Below are positions 1-10,581 of a DNA stretch of 64,000 nt, piece after piece. The translations under genes and the position numbers were made by a program. Origin of the DNA: an uncultured Chloroflexia bacterium (GTDB taxonomy: Bacteria > Chloroflexota > Limnocylindria > Limnocylindrales > CSP1-4); assembly GCA_963813335.1 (NCBI GenBank), contig CAWEYL010000003.1, forward strand, positions 480,001 to 544,000, in the 5' to 3' direction. The notes under the pieces are model-generated. The model was given only the letters and a program-made list of their open reading frames with translations. It was not told where the DNA came from and searched no databases. Within the stretch, counting starts at the first letter, position 1. Every line of letters starts with the position of its first letter.

Positions 1-1633
1 AACGCCGACTTCGCCGACGCGGTCGCTGCCGCCGGGCTGACCTGGGTCGGACCGCCGCCGGCCGCGATCCGGGCGATGGGCGACAAGGCCGCCGCCCGAC
101 GACTGGCGGCCTCGCTCGGCGTGCCGGTCCTCCCCGGCTACGACGACACGGACCAGTCGGACGCCGCGCTGACCGCGGCCGCGGCGCGGATCGGCTTCCC
201 GCTGCTGGTCAAGCCGTCCGCCGGTGGCGGCGGGAAGGGCATGCGGACCGTTCGCGAGGCGACCGCCTTCCCCGATGCGCTCGGCTCCGCCCGACGCGAG
301 GCGCACCGCGGCCTTCGGCGACGACCGGCTCATCCTCGAGCGCCTCGTCGAAGGCGGCCGGCACGTCGAGGTGCAGGTCCTCTTCGATGCGCATGGGAAC
401 GGCGTCCACCTCGGCGAGCGCGACTGCTCGATCCAGCGCCGCCACCAGAAGGTGCTCGAGGAGGCGCCGTCGCCCGGCATCGATGCCGCCCTGCGCGCCC
501 GGCTCGGCGAGGCGGCGCTGACCCTGGCGCGCGCCGTCGGCTACGTCAGCGCGGGCACGTGCGAGTTCCTCGTCGACGACCGCGGGGTGCCCGCCTTCCT
601 CGAGATGAATACGCGGCTCCAGGTCGAGCATCCCGTGACGGAGCTGGTCACCGGCCGCGACCTCGTCGCGGACCAGCTCCGGATCGCGGCCGGGCGAGCC
701 GCTGGGGTTCGCGCAGGACGACGTGACCGCCACGGGCCATGCCGTCGAGGTCCGCCTCTACGCCGAGGACGCCGAGGCCGGGTTCCTGCCGCAGACCGGC
801 CGCGTCGAGCGGCTTCGATGGCCGACGGGCGACGGCATCCGCGTCGATGCCGGGATCGAGCTCGGGACCGAGGTCGGCGGCCGCTTCGACCCGATGCTGG
901 CCAAGGTCATCGCCTGGGGCGCGACCCGCCCCGAGGCCCTCGACCGGCTGACGCGCCGGCCCTCGACGAGACCGTCGTCCTGGGGCTGGTCACGAACCTG
1001 CGGTTCCTGCGCTGGCTGGTCCGCCAGCCGGTCGTCCGCGACGGCGCCGCGCGGACCGACACGCTCGACCGGATCTGGCCGCCCGACGACTGGGCCGAGC
1101 GGGCCGCGATCCCGGACGACGCCTGGGCGGGCGCTGCGGCCGCGCTCGAGAGCACTGACGCCGGTGCCGACACCTGGCACGGCGCGTGGCGGCTCAACGG
1201 CCCGGGCACGATCCGGCTGGTCGCCGAGGGGGTCGAGCGCTCGGTGCCCCTCGGGGGCCCGCCGACGGAGTCGATCGGACTCGAGGCCGTCCGCGTCGGC
1301 GACCTCGTCCACGTCGACATCGCCGGTCGCAGCGTCGCCTTCGAGATCGCGCCGCCGCCCTCGCTCGAGCGGATCGGCCGGGCCCCGGTGGGTGGCGGGC
1401 CGCACGGCGGTCCCGTCGACCTGCTCGCCCCGATGCCGGGGGCCGTCCTCTCCGTCCACGTCGCGATCGGCGCCTCGGTGGAGGCGGGCGACCCGGTCGT
1501 CACCCTCGAGGCGATGAAGATGGAGCACGCGGTAGTCGCCACGGAACGCGGTCAGGTCACGGACATCCTCGTCGCCCCGGCCGACCAGGTGACCCGCGGT
1601 CAGCGGCTCGCCGTCATCGGACCGGCGCCGTAG
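1..1633 (+). CDS. Biotin carboxylase/biotin carrier alpha subunit of an acyl-CoA (methylcrotonyl-CoA-type) carboxylase; 5'-truncated, frameshifted
   Basis: [55 protein letters not shown] and biotinyl motif EAMKM spread over three frames; HMG-CoA lyase lies downstream. Confidence 0.9.
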
Positions 1634-1644
1634 ACTTCGCGGCG

Positions 1645-1833
1645 ATGGCACACCACGACACGCCCCTCCCCCAGACGCGGGCCGAGCTGCTCGCCCTCCA
1701 TGCCGAGACCCGCCAGCGCCGGAATGCCGCGCCGTGGGGTAGCGAGGAGCACAAGGAGGCGATCGACCTGATCAGTCGGATCGAAGTCGAGGTCGCCCGC
1801 ATCGAGCGGGCGATGGACCCGCCGCTCGTCTGA
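1645..1833 (+). CDS. Small hypothetical protein (62 aa)
   Basis: MAHHDTPLPQTRAELLALH...; GC3-rich codons; TAGACT -10-like hexamer 8 nt upstream. Confidence 0.7.
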   Translation: MAHHDTPLPQTRAELLALHAETRQRRNAAPWGSEEHKEAIDLISRIEVEVARIERAMDPPLV

Positions 1834-1864
1834 CGCGGCCCGCCTGACCGCCGTCGACCACCCG

Positions 1865-2792
1865 ATGCCCGAGACCGTCCGGATCTACGAGGTCGGGCCG
1901 CGCGACGGGCTCCAGAACGAATCGGCGGTCGTCCCTACCGCGACCAAGGCGCGCTTCCTCGAGCTGCTCGCCGATGCGGGCCTGCGCGAGATCGAGGCGA
2001 CCTCGTTCGTGTCGCCGGCGGCGATCCCGCAGCTCGCGGACGCCGACGACCTGATGGGCGGCCTCGATCGACGCGCCGGCGTCCGCTACCCGGTCCTCGT
2101 CCCGAACGAGCGCGGCATGGCCCGCGCCGAGGCCGCCGGCGCCGATGCGCTGGCCGTCTTCACGGCGGCGACCGACGCGTTCACCCAGGCCAACATCCGG
2201 ATGACGATCAAGGAATCGCTGACCACCTTTGCGCCGGTGCTGGCGCGGGCGGGCGACCTCGGCTGGTGGCGGCGCGGCTACGTGTCGACGGCCTTCGGCT
2301 GCCCATACACCGGCCGCGTGCACCCCGCGGCGGCGGTCAAGGTCGCCCTTCGGCTGCTCGACCTCGGCGTCGACGAGGTCTGCTTCGGCGACACCATCGG
2401 CGTCGGCGTGCCGAGCCAGGTCTCGGCGCTGACCGGGCTCGCCGTCGCGGCCGGGATCCCGCTCGAGCGCATCGCCTTCCATTTCCACGACACGCGCGGC
2501 ACGGCGCTCGCCAACGTCGCAGCCGGCCTGGATGCCGGCGTCCGCTGCTTCGATTCGGCGGCCGGCGGGACCGGTGGCTGCCCGTACGCGCCGGGCGCGG
2601 CCGGCAATCTGGCGACGGAGGACCTCGTCTACCTGCTCGATGCGTCGGGCTACGAGACCGGCGTGTCGCTCGACGGCGTCCTCGCGGCCGCCCGGTTCAT
2701 CGCCGACGCCCTCGGCAAGCCGCTGGCCACGCAAGGTGGGCCAGGCGGGCGGCTGGGACCCGACGACGGGAGCCTCGACCGGCCGAGCGTGA
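1865..2792 (+). CDS. hmgL: Hydroxymethylglutaryl-CoA lyase (frameshift near 3' end)
   Basis: EVGPRDGLQNE, HFHDTRG, GGCPYAPGAAGNLATED. Confidence 0.92.
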
Positions 2793-2801
2793 TCCGGCGC
2801 G

Positions 2802-3551
2802 TCAGGACGGCCGGACGATCCAGCGGCACCCGAGGAGGACGACGTCGGTGGCGCGGGCGCCGTCGATCGCGAGATGGATCGTCGCAACGGGGCTCGCCGG
2901 GTCACCGCGCGGTCGGAGGCGGAGGCGCTGCGCGCCGATCTCGGCGTCCCGTGCGCCACCGCCCACGAGCGACGGCCGGAAGCGCAACCCGACGCTGCGC
3001 AGCATCGCGCCGCTCGTGGCAGCCACGTCGTCCACGGCGAGCTCGAGGACGGTGAGCCGCGCCGGTCCGGCCGCGCGCGACGCCCGGTCCGCGGCGGTCC
3101 ACTCCGCCGAACCGGCAACGTGCTCGATGAGGAACGGCGGGCGGGCCGGACCGAGGGTCCGCGCGGCGGCGAGTCGCCAGCGGACGACCTCCCCGTCGGG
3201 TCGGCGGCGCTCGCCGTCGATCGGTCCGACCAGGTCGCTCGCGGTCGCGCGGAGCCGCGCGAGGTCGCCGTCGATGTCGTCGGTGGCGATCGCCCAGGTC
3301 GCCAGCCCGCCACCGGTCTCGAGGGCACGGACGGTCGGTGCCCCGATCCACGATGTCGCGGCCAGCACCGGATCGAAGACGCCGATCAGCTCGAGGAACG
3401 TGTCGCCGAGCCAGACCAGGCGATTGAACGTCCCGAGCCCGTCGTGCCGCCCGCCGCCGCCCGGCACCAGGCCCAGAGCGCCGGCCAACTCCGCCGCGGC
3501 GGCATCCGGGTCGGTGGCCGCGATGACCAGGTGATCGATGCCGTGGAGCAT
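2802..3551 (-). CDS. VOC/glyoxalase-like domain protein
   Basis: GIDHLVIA, GGGRHDGLGTFNRLV, FLELI, PFLIE. Confidence 0.85.
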   Translation of the reverse strand: MLHGIDHLVIAATDPDAAAAELAGALGLVPGGGGRHDGLGTFNRLVWLGDTFLELIGVFDPVLAATSWIGAPTVRALETGGGLATWAIATDDIDGDLARLRATASDLVGPIDGERRRPDGEVVRWRLAAARTLGPARPPFLIEHVAGSAEWTAADRASRAAGPARLTVLELAVDDVAATSGAMLRSVGLRFRPSLVGGGARDAEIGAQRLRLRPRGDPASPVATIHLAIDGARATDVVLLGCRWIVRPS

Positions 3552-3628
3552 CGCCGGAGCGTAGCGCGCCACGGGTCGCGGCCGTGGATGGCAAGCACGA
3601 ACCGGTGTCTCTGCTATCGTCCGCGGCG

Positions 3629-4144
3629 ATGGACGGTGTCGTGCTCGTTCTGAACCAGAACTACGAACCGCTCAACGTCTGCAACCTGCCTCGCGCCTTC
3701 CGACTCGTGTTCGGGGAGAAGGCCGAAGTGATCGAATACGACCACCAGGTGATCCGGACGCCGCGGACCGAGTACCGCGCGCCCTCCGTCATCCGCCTCC
3801 AGCACCTCATCCGTCGGCCGCGGCCGCGGGTGAAGCTGTCCCGGCGCGAGATCTTCACGCGCGACCGCCACACCTGCCAGTACTGCGGCAGGCAGGGCCA
3901 CGACATGACGCTCGACCACATCATGCCGCGCCACCGCGGCGGCGGGCACACGTGGGAGAACCTCGTCACCGCGTGCAAGCCGTGCAACCACCGCAAGGGC
4001 GGCAAGACGCTCGAGGAGGCCCGCCTGCGCCTGGGCCGGCCGCCGTTCGAGCCGCGCAGCGACATCTACTCGCTGTTCACGCCGTACCTCGCCGACGACA
4101 ACAACGAGGCCTGGCGGACCTACCTGTTCCTGGGACGGAACTGA
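3629..4144 (+). CDS. HNH endonuclease (McrA-like)
   Basis: VLVLNQNYEPL, RDRHTCQYCG, TLDHIMPRHRGG, WENLVTACKPCNHRKG. Confidence 0.92.
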   Translation: MDGVVLVLNQNYEPLNVCNLPRAFRLVFGEKAEVIEYDHQVIRTPRTEYRAPSVIRLQHLIRRPRPRVKLSRREIFTRDRHTCQYCGRQGHDMTLDHIMPRHRGGGHTWENLVTACKPCNHRKGGKTLEEARLRLGRPPFEPRSDIYSLFTPYLADDNNEAWRTYLFLGRN

Positions 4145-5524
4145 TCGCGGCCGACCACGGGGCGGACCTCGCGGCGACCCTGCGGACGGCGATCCCGCCC
4201 GAGGTCCACGACCTGCTCGCGACCCTGTGGGCGGGCGGCCACGCCGCGTACGTCGTCGGCGGGTCGCTGCGCGACGCGCTCCTCGGCCGGCCGGCCGAGG
4301 ACTGGGATCTCGCCTCGGACGCCCTGCCCGAGCGCGTCCTCGAGCTCGTGCCCGGCGCCGTCTACGAGAACCGGTTCGGCACGGTGGCGATCCGGCGCGG
4401 CGACGACATCCTCGAGGTCACGACCTTCCGCTCCGACCACGACTACGCCGACTTCCGGCGGCCGCACCGCGTCGAGTTCGGCGACACCATCGAGGTGGAC
4501 CTCGCCCGCCGCGACCTGACCTGCAACGCGATGGCGTGGGGGGCGGTGGCGGCGGCCGCCGGTTCGCCCGGGCTGATGGACCCGTACGACGGCGCCGCCG
4601 ACACGCGGGCGCACCTCCTGCGCGCGGTCGGCGAACCGCAGAAGCGGTTCGAGGAGGACGCGCTCCGCATGGTCCGGACCGTGCGACTGGCGGCGACGCT
4701 CGGCTTCGATATCGAAGCGGCGACGCTCGCCGGCATCCAGGCGAAGGCCGAGCTGGTCCAGCACCTGTCGGGCGAGCGGATCGCGACCGAGCTCGACAAG
4801 CTGCTCGCCGCCGAGCGGCCGTCGATCGGGCTGCGGCTGCTCGCGGACACCGGCTTGCTGGCCGGAATCGACGAGGCGCTGGCCGCCCAGCGCGGGATCC
4901 CCCAGAACAAGGTCGAGGGCGAGGACCTGTGGGACCACACGCTGCGCTCGGTCGATGCGGCACCGGCCGGCCGGCCGGTGGTCAGGCTGGCGGCGCTCGT
5001 CCATGACATCGGCAAGCCGTCGACCTTCGCCGACGGCCACTTCATCCGCCACGACGCGGTCGGGGCGGACCTCGCCGGCGAGTTCCTCGACCGGCTGCGC
5101 TCGCCGCGGGCCGTCCGCGAGCGGGTCGTCCACCTCGTCGCCAACCACATGTTCAGCTACGAGCCGAACTGGTCGTCCTCGGCGGTGCGGCGGTTCATCG
5201 CCAAGATCGGCCCGGACTCGATCGAGGACCTGTTCCTGCTCCGTGAGGCGGACAACGTCGGGTCCGGGCTGCCGGCCGACGCCGGACGGCTGGAGGAGCT
5301 GCGGGCCCGGGTCGCACGAGGCGCTCCGCGAGGGCGTCGTCCTCGGCCGCGGCGACCTGGTCGTCGACGGCGACGACCTGATGGCGGAGCTGGAGATCGG
5401 GCCCGGGCCGCACCTCGGCCGGATCCTCGACGCGCTGCTCGAGCGGGTGGTCGAGGACCCGGCCCTCAACGACCGTCCGAGCCTGCTGCTGCTCGCGCGC
5501 TCGATGCTGGCGGACGAGCCGTGA
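4141..5524 (+). CDS. cca: CCA tRNA nucleotidyltransferase with HD domain (frameshift ~5315; probable CTG start)
   Basis: YVVGGSLRD, DWDLAS, DLARRDLTCNAMA, EDALRM, LSGERI, HDIGKP; C-terminal GPHLGRIL in a second frame. Confidence 0.88.
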
Positions 5525-5982
5525 TCGAGATCCTGCTCGAGGCGGAACGGGCGCTCGAGATGGGCCGGGTGGACGCGGCCGAGACGCTCTACCAGCAGGT
5601 CGCGGACGCGGATCCGCGCAACTCGATCGCGGTGGTCGGTCTGGCGCGCGTCACGCTCGAGCGCGGCGACGAGCCGGGCGCGCTCCAGCTCGCCCGGCGG
5701 GCACTGGTCATCGACCCGGAGAACGCGGCCGCGAGCCGGATGGTCGAGCGGCTCGAGGAGGTGATCCGCTACCGCGGCGCGGAGCCGCCGGCGCCGGTCG
5801 AGGACCCGGCCGTGATCGTCGAGGCGTCGAGTCTGGTCGAGCAGGCAGCGACCGTCACCGAGCCCGAGGTGATCGCCGTCCTGGCCGAGCCGACGCCCCC
5901 GGTCGCGACGCCGCCCGCGGAACCGACGTCTCCGAAACGGCGCTCCCTGCTCGACCGGCTCCTGCGCCGCCATCGGCCCTGA
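5521..5982 (+). CDS. TPR-repeat protein with P/E-rich tail
   Basis: AETLYQQVADADPRN and ARRALVIDPEN TPR-like helices; GTGA overlap with cca stop. Confidence 0.75.
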   Translation: MIEILLEAERALEMGRVDAAETLYQQVADADPRNSIAVVGLARVTLERGDEPGALQLARRALVIDPENAAASRMVERLEEVIRYRGAEPPAPVEDPAVIVEASSLVEQAATVTEPEVIAVLAEPTPPVATPPAEPTSPKRRSLLDRLLRRHRP

Positions 5983-6016
5983 GCCGCCGATCGCTGATCG
6001 ACGGCTGGAATCACGA

Positions 6017-6045
6017 ACCGGCGAGGGCCGCGGGCCCTCGCCGGT
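6017..6045. terminator. Hairpin between convergent genes
   Basis: accggcgagggcc-gcg-ggccctcgccggt, 13-bp perfect stem. Confidence 0.7.
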
Positions 6046-6080
6046 CGGTGCGGTGCGGATCGGGGATCCGCCGCGCGGTG

Positions 6081-6776
6081 TCAGGCGGGGTTGGCCACCT
6101 GCTGCAATGCCGGGACCTTCACCTTCTCGGTCGCGGCGCGCGTCGCCCAGACCAGCCCGAGCCCCGTGATGACCACGGTGAGCCCGATGAGGCCGAAGAG
6201 GGCTGCGATACCGAGGCCCATCGTGAGGGCCGAGGCCGTGACGCTGCCGACGCCGAGCTGGCCGACCAGGGCGAGGGCCGTGGGGGTCCAGATCTGTCCG
6301 CGGGCCGCGGCCTGGATCGGGTCGGTGCGGTCGAAGCCGGTCCAGTACTTGCCGGTGTTCTGGTAGTCGTAGGTGCCGGCGGGAGTCACGACCTTGCCGT
6401 CGACCACGACGTCTGCGGGGATGGTGACGGTCGTCGCCGCGTTCAGGGTGTGGTACGTGATCGTGGCCATCTGGTACATGTACTCGCTGACGGTGTTGAC
6501 GACCGGGTCATTCGCGTTGAGCTCGCTCTTGTCGACCGTGAAGCCCCAGTCGTTGGTCAGGAGCGCCATGATGGCCGTGGCCTCTTCGGTGTTCCCCTTG
6601 GCGTCGGCCAGCTGCCCGTCGGCGTTGTAGGTGAGCTTGACGTTCTGCGCGGCGCTGAACGCCTGGAGCGCACCAGCACCCTGCTGCGTCTTGTAGAGCG
6701 TGTACCCGCCCGCGGCGAAGAACACGATGCCCATGAAGACCAGGCCGATGCCGAGCTGCTGCAATCGCTTGTTCAT
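6081..6776 (-). CDS. Hypothetical membrane protein with an extracytoplasmic domain
   Basis: MNKRLQQLGIGLVFMGIVFFAAGG N-terminal TM segment, C-terminal TM hairpin, strong codon bias, GAGGG RBS. Confidence 0.8.
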   Translation of the reverse strand: MNKRLQQLGIGLVFMGIVFFAAGGYTLYKTQQGAGALQAFSAAQNVKLTYNADGQLADAKGNTEEATAIMALLTNDWGFTVDKSELNANDPVVNTVSEYMYQMATITYHTLNAATTVTIPADVVVDGKVVTPAGTYDYQNTGKYWTGFDRTDPIQAAARGQIWTPTALALVGQLGVGSVTASALTMGLGIAALFGLIGLTVVITGLGLVWATRAATEKVKVPALQQVANPA

Positions 6777-6944
6777 GACGTCCAACCCTCTGTTGTCTAC
6801 GTTTGTGGTCGATGTCCTCACTGTCGGGTCGGCGGCAGCACACGGATAGACGACGCGCGGACCCTTGTGGGGGCTCACTGGCCCGGGTGGGTGGGGGCCA
6901 CGCGACCCGTGCCGTTCGGCCCTGCAGCCCCTATCGTTGGCGGC

Positions 6945-7940
6945 ATGACACGGATCCTGGTGACCGGCGGCGCCGGCTATGTCGGCTCGGTCTCGGCGGC
7001 GGCCTTCATCGAGGCCGGCCACGAGGTCGTCGTCCTCGACGACCTGACCACCGGCCATCGCGCGGCGGTCCCGGCCGGGGCAGCGTTCCACCACGGCACG
7101 TACGCCGACTACGACGCCATCGCGCACCTGCTCGAAACCGAGCGGATCGAGGCCATCCTCCACTGCGCCGCCCGCTCGCTGGTCGGCGAATCGATCCGCG
7201 AGCCCGCCCGCTACTACACGGACAACGTCGCCGGCGGTGTCGCGCTGCTCGAAGCCGCGCGCGCGGTCGGGGTGGAGCGCATCGTCTTCAGCTCGACCGC
7301 CGCCGTCTACGGCGACCCGGACACCACGCCCATCCCCGAGGACGCGCCGCTACGCCCGATCAACCCCTACGGCGAGTCGAAGCGAGCCTTCGAAGGCGCG
7401 CTGCAGTGGTACGGCCGGGCCTACGGGATCCGCGCCGTCAGCCTCCGCTACTTCAACGTCGCGGGCGCGACCGAGGCGCTCGGCGAGGACCACGATCCCG
7501 AGACGCACCTGATCCCGAACGTCCTCAGGGCGGCCGAAGGCACGCAGACGCTGACGGTCTTCGGCGACGACTACCCGACGCCCGACGGGACCTGCATCCG
7601 CGACTACATCCACGTCGCCGACCTGGCCGATGCGCACCTGCTGGCGATCGAGGCGACGGCGCCCGGCGACCCGCGGACCGACGACTTCCTCGTCTGCAAC
7701 CTGGGGGTCGGCGGCGGCTTCTCGATCCGCGAGGTGATCGCCGCCGCCGAGCGCGCCGTCGGGCGCGCGATCCCGTACGCGGTCGGGCCGCGCCGGGCGG
7801 GCGATCCGCCGGTGCTGGTCGCCTCCGCCGCGCGTGCCGCCGAGGTGCTCGGCTGGCGGCCGGCGCAGCCCTCGCTCGACGAGATGGTCGGCTCGGCCTG
7901 GGCGTGGCGGCAGCGCCACCCGGGCGGCTACCCGGACTGA
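6945..7940 (+). CDS. galE: UDP-glucose 4-epimerase
   Basis: TGGAGYVGS, FSSTAAVYG, YGESK, LRYFNVAGA, DGTCIRDYIHV. Confidence 0.95.
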   Translation: MTRILVTGGAGYVGSVSAAAFIEAGHEVVVLDDLTTGHRAAVPAGAAFHHGTYADYDAIAHLLETERIEAILHCAARSLVGESIREPARYYTDNVAGGVALLEAARAVGVERIVFSSTAAVYGDPDTTPIPEDAPLRPINPYGESKRAFEGALQWYGRAYGIRAVSLRYFNVAGATEALGEDHDPETHLIPNVLRAAEGTQTLTVFGDDYPTPDGTCIRDYIHVADLADAHLLAIEATAPGDPRTDDFLVCNLGVGGGFSIREVIAAAERAVGRAIPYAVGPRRAGDPPVLVASAARAAEVLGWRPAQPSLDEMVGSAWAWRQRHPGGYPD

Positions 7941-7944
7941 CCCG

Positions 7945-9406
7945 CTAGCGCGGCTCGATGGGGGCGTTCGCCGGGGCGAGACGCTCGGGTGGGGTCGTGG
8001 GCTCGACGCGCGGGCCGGGGGCCGTCAGGTCCGTGTCGTCGCCGGCGCCCGGCTCGTGCCAGCGGTCGCTGACCGGCCAGACCAGCCACAGGCCGATGCC
8101 CATCGTCACGAGCAGGCTCAGGATCGCGATCTGGTAGGCGCCGTTGCCGAGCGAGTCGACGAACAGGAACACGATCAGCCCGTACAGCAGCTGGCCGACG
8201 ACCTGGCTGCCCTTGCCGACCAGCCCGTACAGCCCGAAGAACTCGCCGAGCCGGGCCTGCGGCGAGAGCCGGATCATGAAGACGCGGTCGGCCACCTGGA
8301 CCCCGCCGAGCCCGCTGCCGAGGATCGCCCCGGCGACCACGAAGATCGCGATGCCCGGGGTCGTGCCGCTCAGGCCCAGCGAGACCACGCCGAGCAGGAG
8401 CCCGACCACCCACGACACCAGGACCGCGATCAGCGTCTTCTTCGGCCCGTGCCGGTCGACCAGCCAGCCCCAGCCGAAGCTGGCCACGATGGCGACGACG
8501 GTCAGGATCACCGACACGATCAGCCACTGGCCCTGGGTGAGCCCCACGGCCTTCACCGCGACCACGCTCATCACGACGATCAGCGTGTTGACCGCGTCGC
8601 TGTAGAAGAACCGGCCGAGCAGGAAGCGCAGCAGCCCGGGCACGGTCCGGGCGTGGGCGATGGTCACGCGGATCTGGTCGAACGAGCCGGTGAAGTCCTT
8701 GAGCGTCACCTTCGGCGCGTCCGTGGCGCGCGGCGAGTCGCGGACGATCAGGAAGATCGGGATCGCGAAGACCGCGAACAGGACGCCGGCGATGAAGAAG
8801 ATCGGGTCCGGCGTCTCGGTGATGCCGAGGAGCAGCAGGGTGACGGCCGCGAAGATCGTGCCCATGTAGCCGACGCCGACGCCGATCCCCGAGAGCTTGC
8901 CGCGGGTCGACGAGTAGCTGACCGTCGAGAGGGTCGCGTCGTAGTAGATGAGCGCGGCCTGGTAGGCGAAGTTCGCGATCGTGAAGAGGATGGCGCCGAC
9001 GACCGCGGGCGTCGGCCCGATGACCGCCGAGGGCACGATCGTGAAGACCGTGAAGAACAGCAGGAACGGGAGGCGCCGGCCACCGCGGTCGCTGAGGGCG
9101 CCGAGGATCGGCGAGACCAGGGCGTTGAGCCCGACGCTGATCGCGATCGTCAGGCCCTGGACGAGCTGACCGAGGCCGGGCCCGAACCGGGAGTCGTCGG
9201 TCAGCCAGAGCCCGATCGCGGTCGACACGATGGCGTAGCTGAAGATCGTGTTGGCGAAGTCGTAGAGCGACCAGGCGACCGGGACGCGGGCCTGGCCGCT
9301 CGGCGTCAGGCCGCCGAGCCCGCCCGGGGCGTGCCGCCGCGTCGGGGCGTGCCGCCGCCGTGCCGGGGTTCGTCGCGGGGCCGCTGGGCGGGGCGGCGTC
9401 GGTCAC
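7945..9406 (-). CDS. MFS transporter, UMF1-like (frameshift near N-terminus)
   Basis: AWSLYDFANTIFS, LGALSDRGGRR, GEFFGLY; about 12 TM segments. Confidence 0.85.
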
Positions 9407-9722
9407 GGCGCGATGATAGAGGGCGGCGGTCGCAGGTTTCGGGGGCTTCGAGGCTCGAGTGCTGGCGCAGCGCCATCGATTCGCGAGGCAGGATCCACGC
9501 AACTGCCCGACCGCTGGCAGGAAGCCAGCGTTCGGGGCCGGCGGGAGGCGAGCACCGCGTCTTCGCTGGCTCCTCGCCAATGAAGAGGGGCCGTCAGGCT
9601 CGATACCGCCAGATCCATTGGCGCACAGCCAGCGCGGTCGGGATGATGGGCTGGGATGGACGCGGCCGCCCGATGCCCCGAACGCTCCGCCGCGCCACCC
9701 GCGCCCGGTACAATCTCGCGCG

Positions 9723-10505
9723 ATGACCTCCACCCGTCTTTGGGACCGCGCCGCCGCGCTGCCCGCCCTCCCCGATGGCCGCCGGCGGCCCGAGGTGGCG
9801 GTGCTCCCCGCGGGCGTCCCGAGCCTGGGCGACCTCTTCGACTTCATGCGCGACGCGGAGCTGCGCTTCGCCACCCTGCGGATGCGCATCGAGGACCGGA
9901 CGCAGACCGCCCGCGGCGAGGACTTGACCTCGATGGAGGTGGCGCTCCGCCACCCGGGCGACGCCAAGGTGACCACGACGCGCCAGACGGACGGGCCGCT
10001 CGGCGAGTACGAGGTCTGGATCTCGGACGGCGAGCTGGTCCGGACCTACTCGGGGATCCACAAGCTCGGGACCCAACGCCCGGTTCGCAACCGGCCGCGC
10101 GGCCTGGCCGACCCGGACTTCCCGGGCTTCGCCCAGGTCTACGAGCCGCTCACAGCGCTGCCGTTCGAGACGCTGCCCGACACCTTCGTCCACCCGGCCG
10201 GCTACTGCCAGAACGTGCTCTCGACCGGCCGCGCGTACGTCGCCGGGACGGCGCTCGTCATCGGCCGCGAGGCGATCCTCATCGAGTGCGACCACCCGCG
10301 CACGACCGAGATGGCGGGCGACCGCCCGGACCACCATCTCTCGCTCGCGGTCGACCGCGAGACCGGCGTCATCCTTCGCCTGGTCGAGTCGATCGGTGGG
10401 GTCGAGACCCGGCGGGCCGAGGTCGTCGACCTCGCGCCGGATGCGCCGCTCCAGCCGTCGGCGCTGCAGTTCGTCTTCCCCACCGGGACGACGATGCTGT
10501 ACTAG
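9723..10505 (+). CDS. Hypothetical protein, possibly LolA/RseB-like fold
   Basis: WISDGELVRTY, LAVDRETGVILR, FVFP; TACAAT -10 hexamer 8 nt upstream. Confidence 0.6.
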   Translation: MTSTRLWDRAAALPALPDGRRRPEVAVLPAGVPSLGDLFDFMRDAELRFATLRMRIEDRTQTARGEDLTSMEVALRHPGDAKVTTTRQTDGPLGEYEVWISDGELVRTYSGIHKLGTQRPVRNRPRGLADPDFPGFAQVYEPLTALPFETLPDTFVHPAGYCQNVLSTGRAYVAGTALVIGREAILIECDHPRTTEMAGDRPDHHLSLAVDRETGVILRLVESIGGVETRRAEVVDLAPDAPLQPSALQFVFPTGTTMLY

Positions 10506-10581
10506 CCAGCGCGGGTCGACACAAGCAGACGCCCGGCGGACGGATCCACCGGGCGTCGTCGATTCCGCGGGGTCCGCGGGG

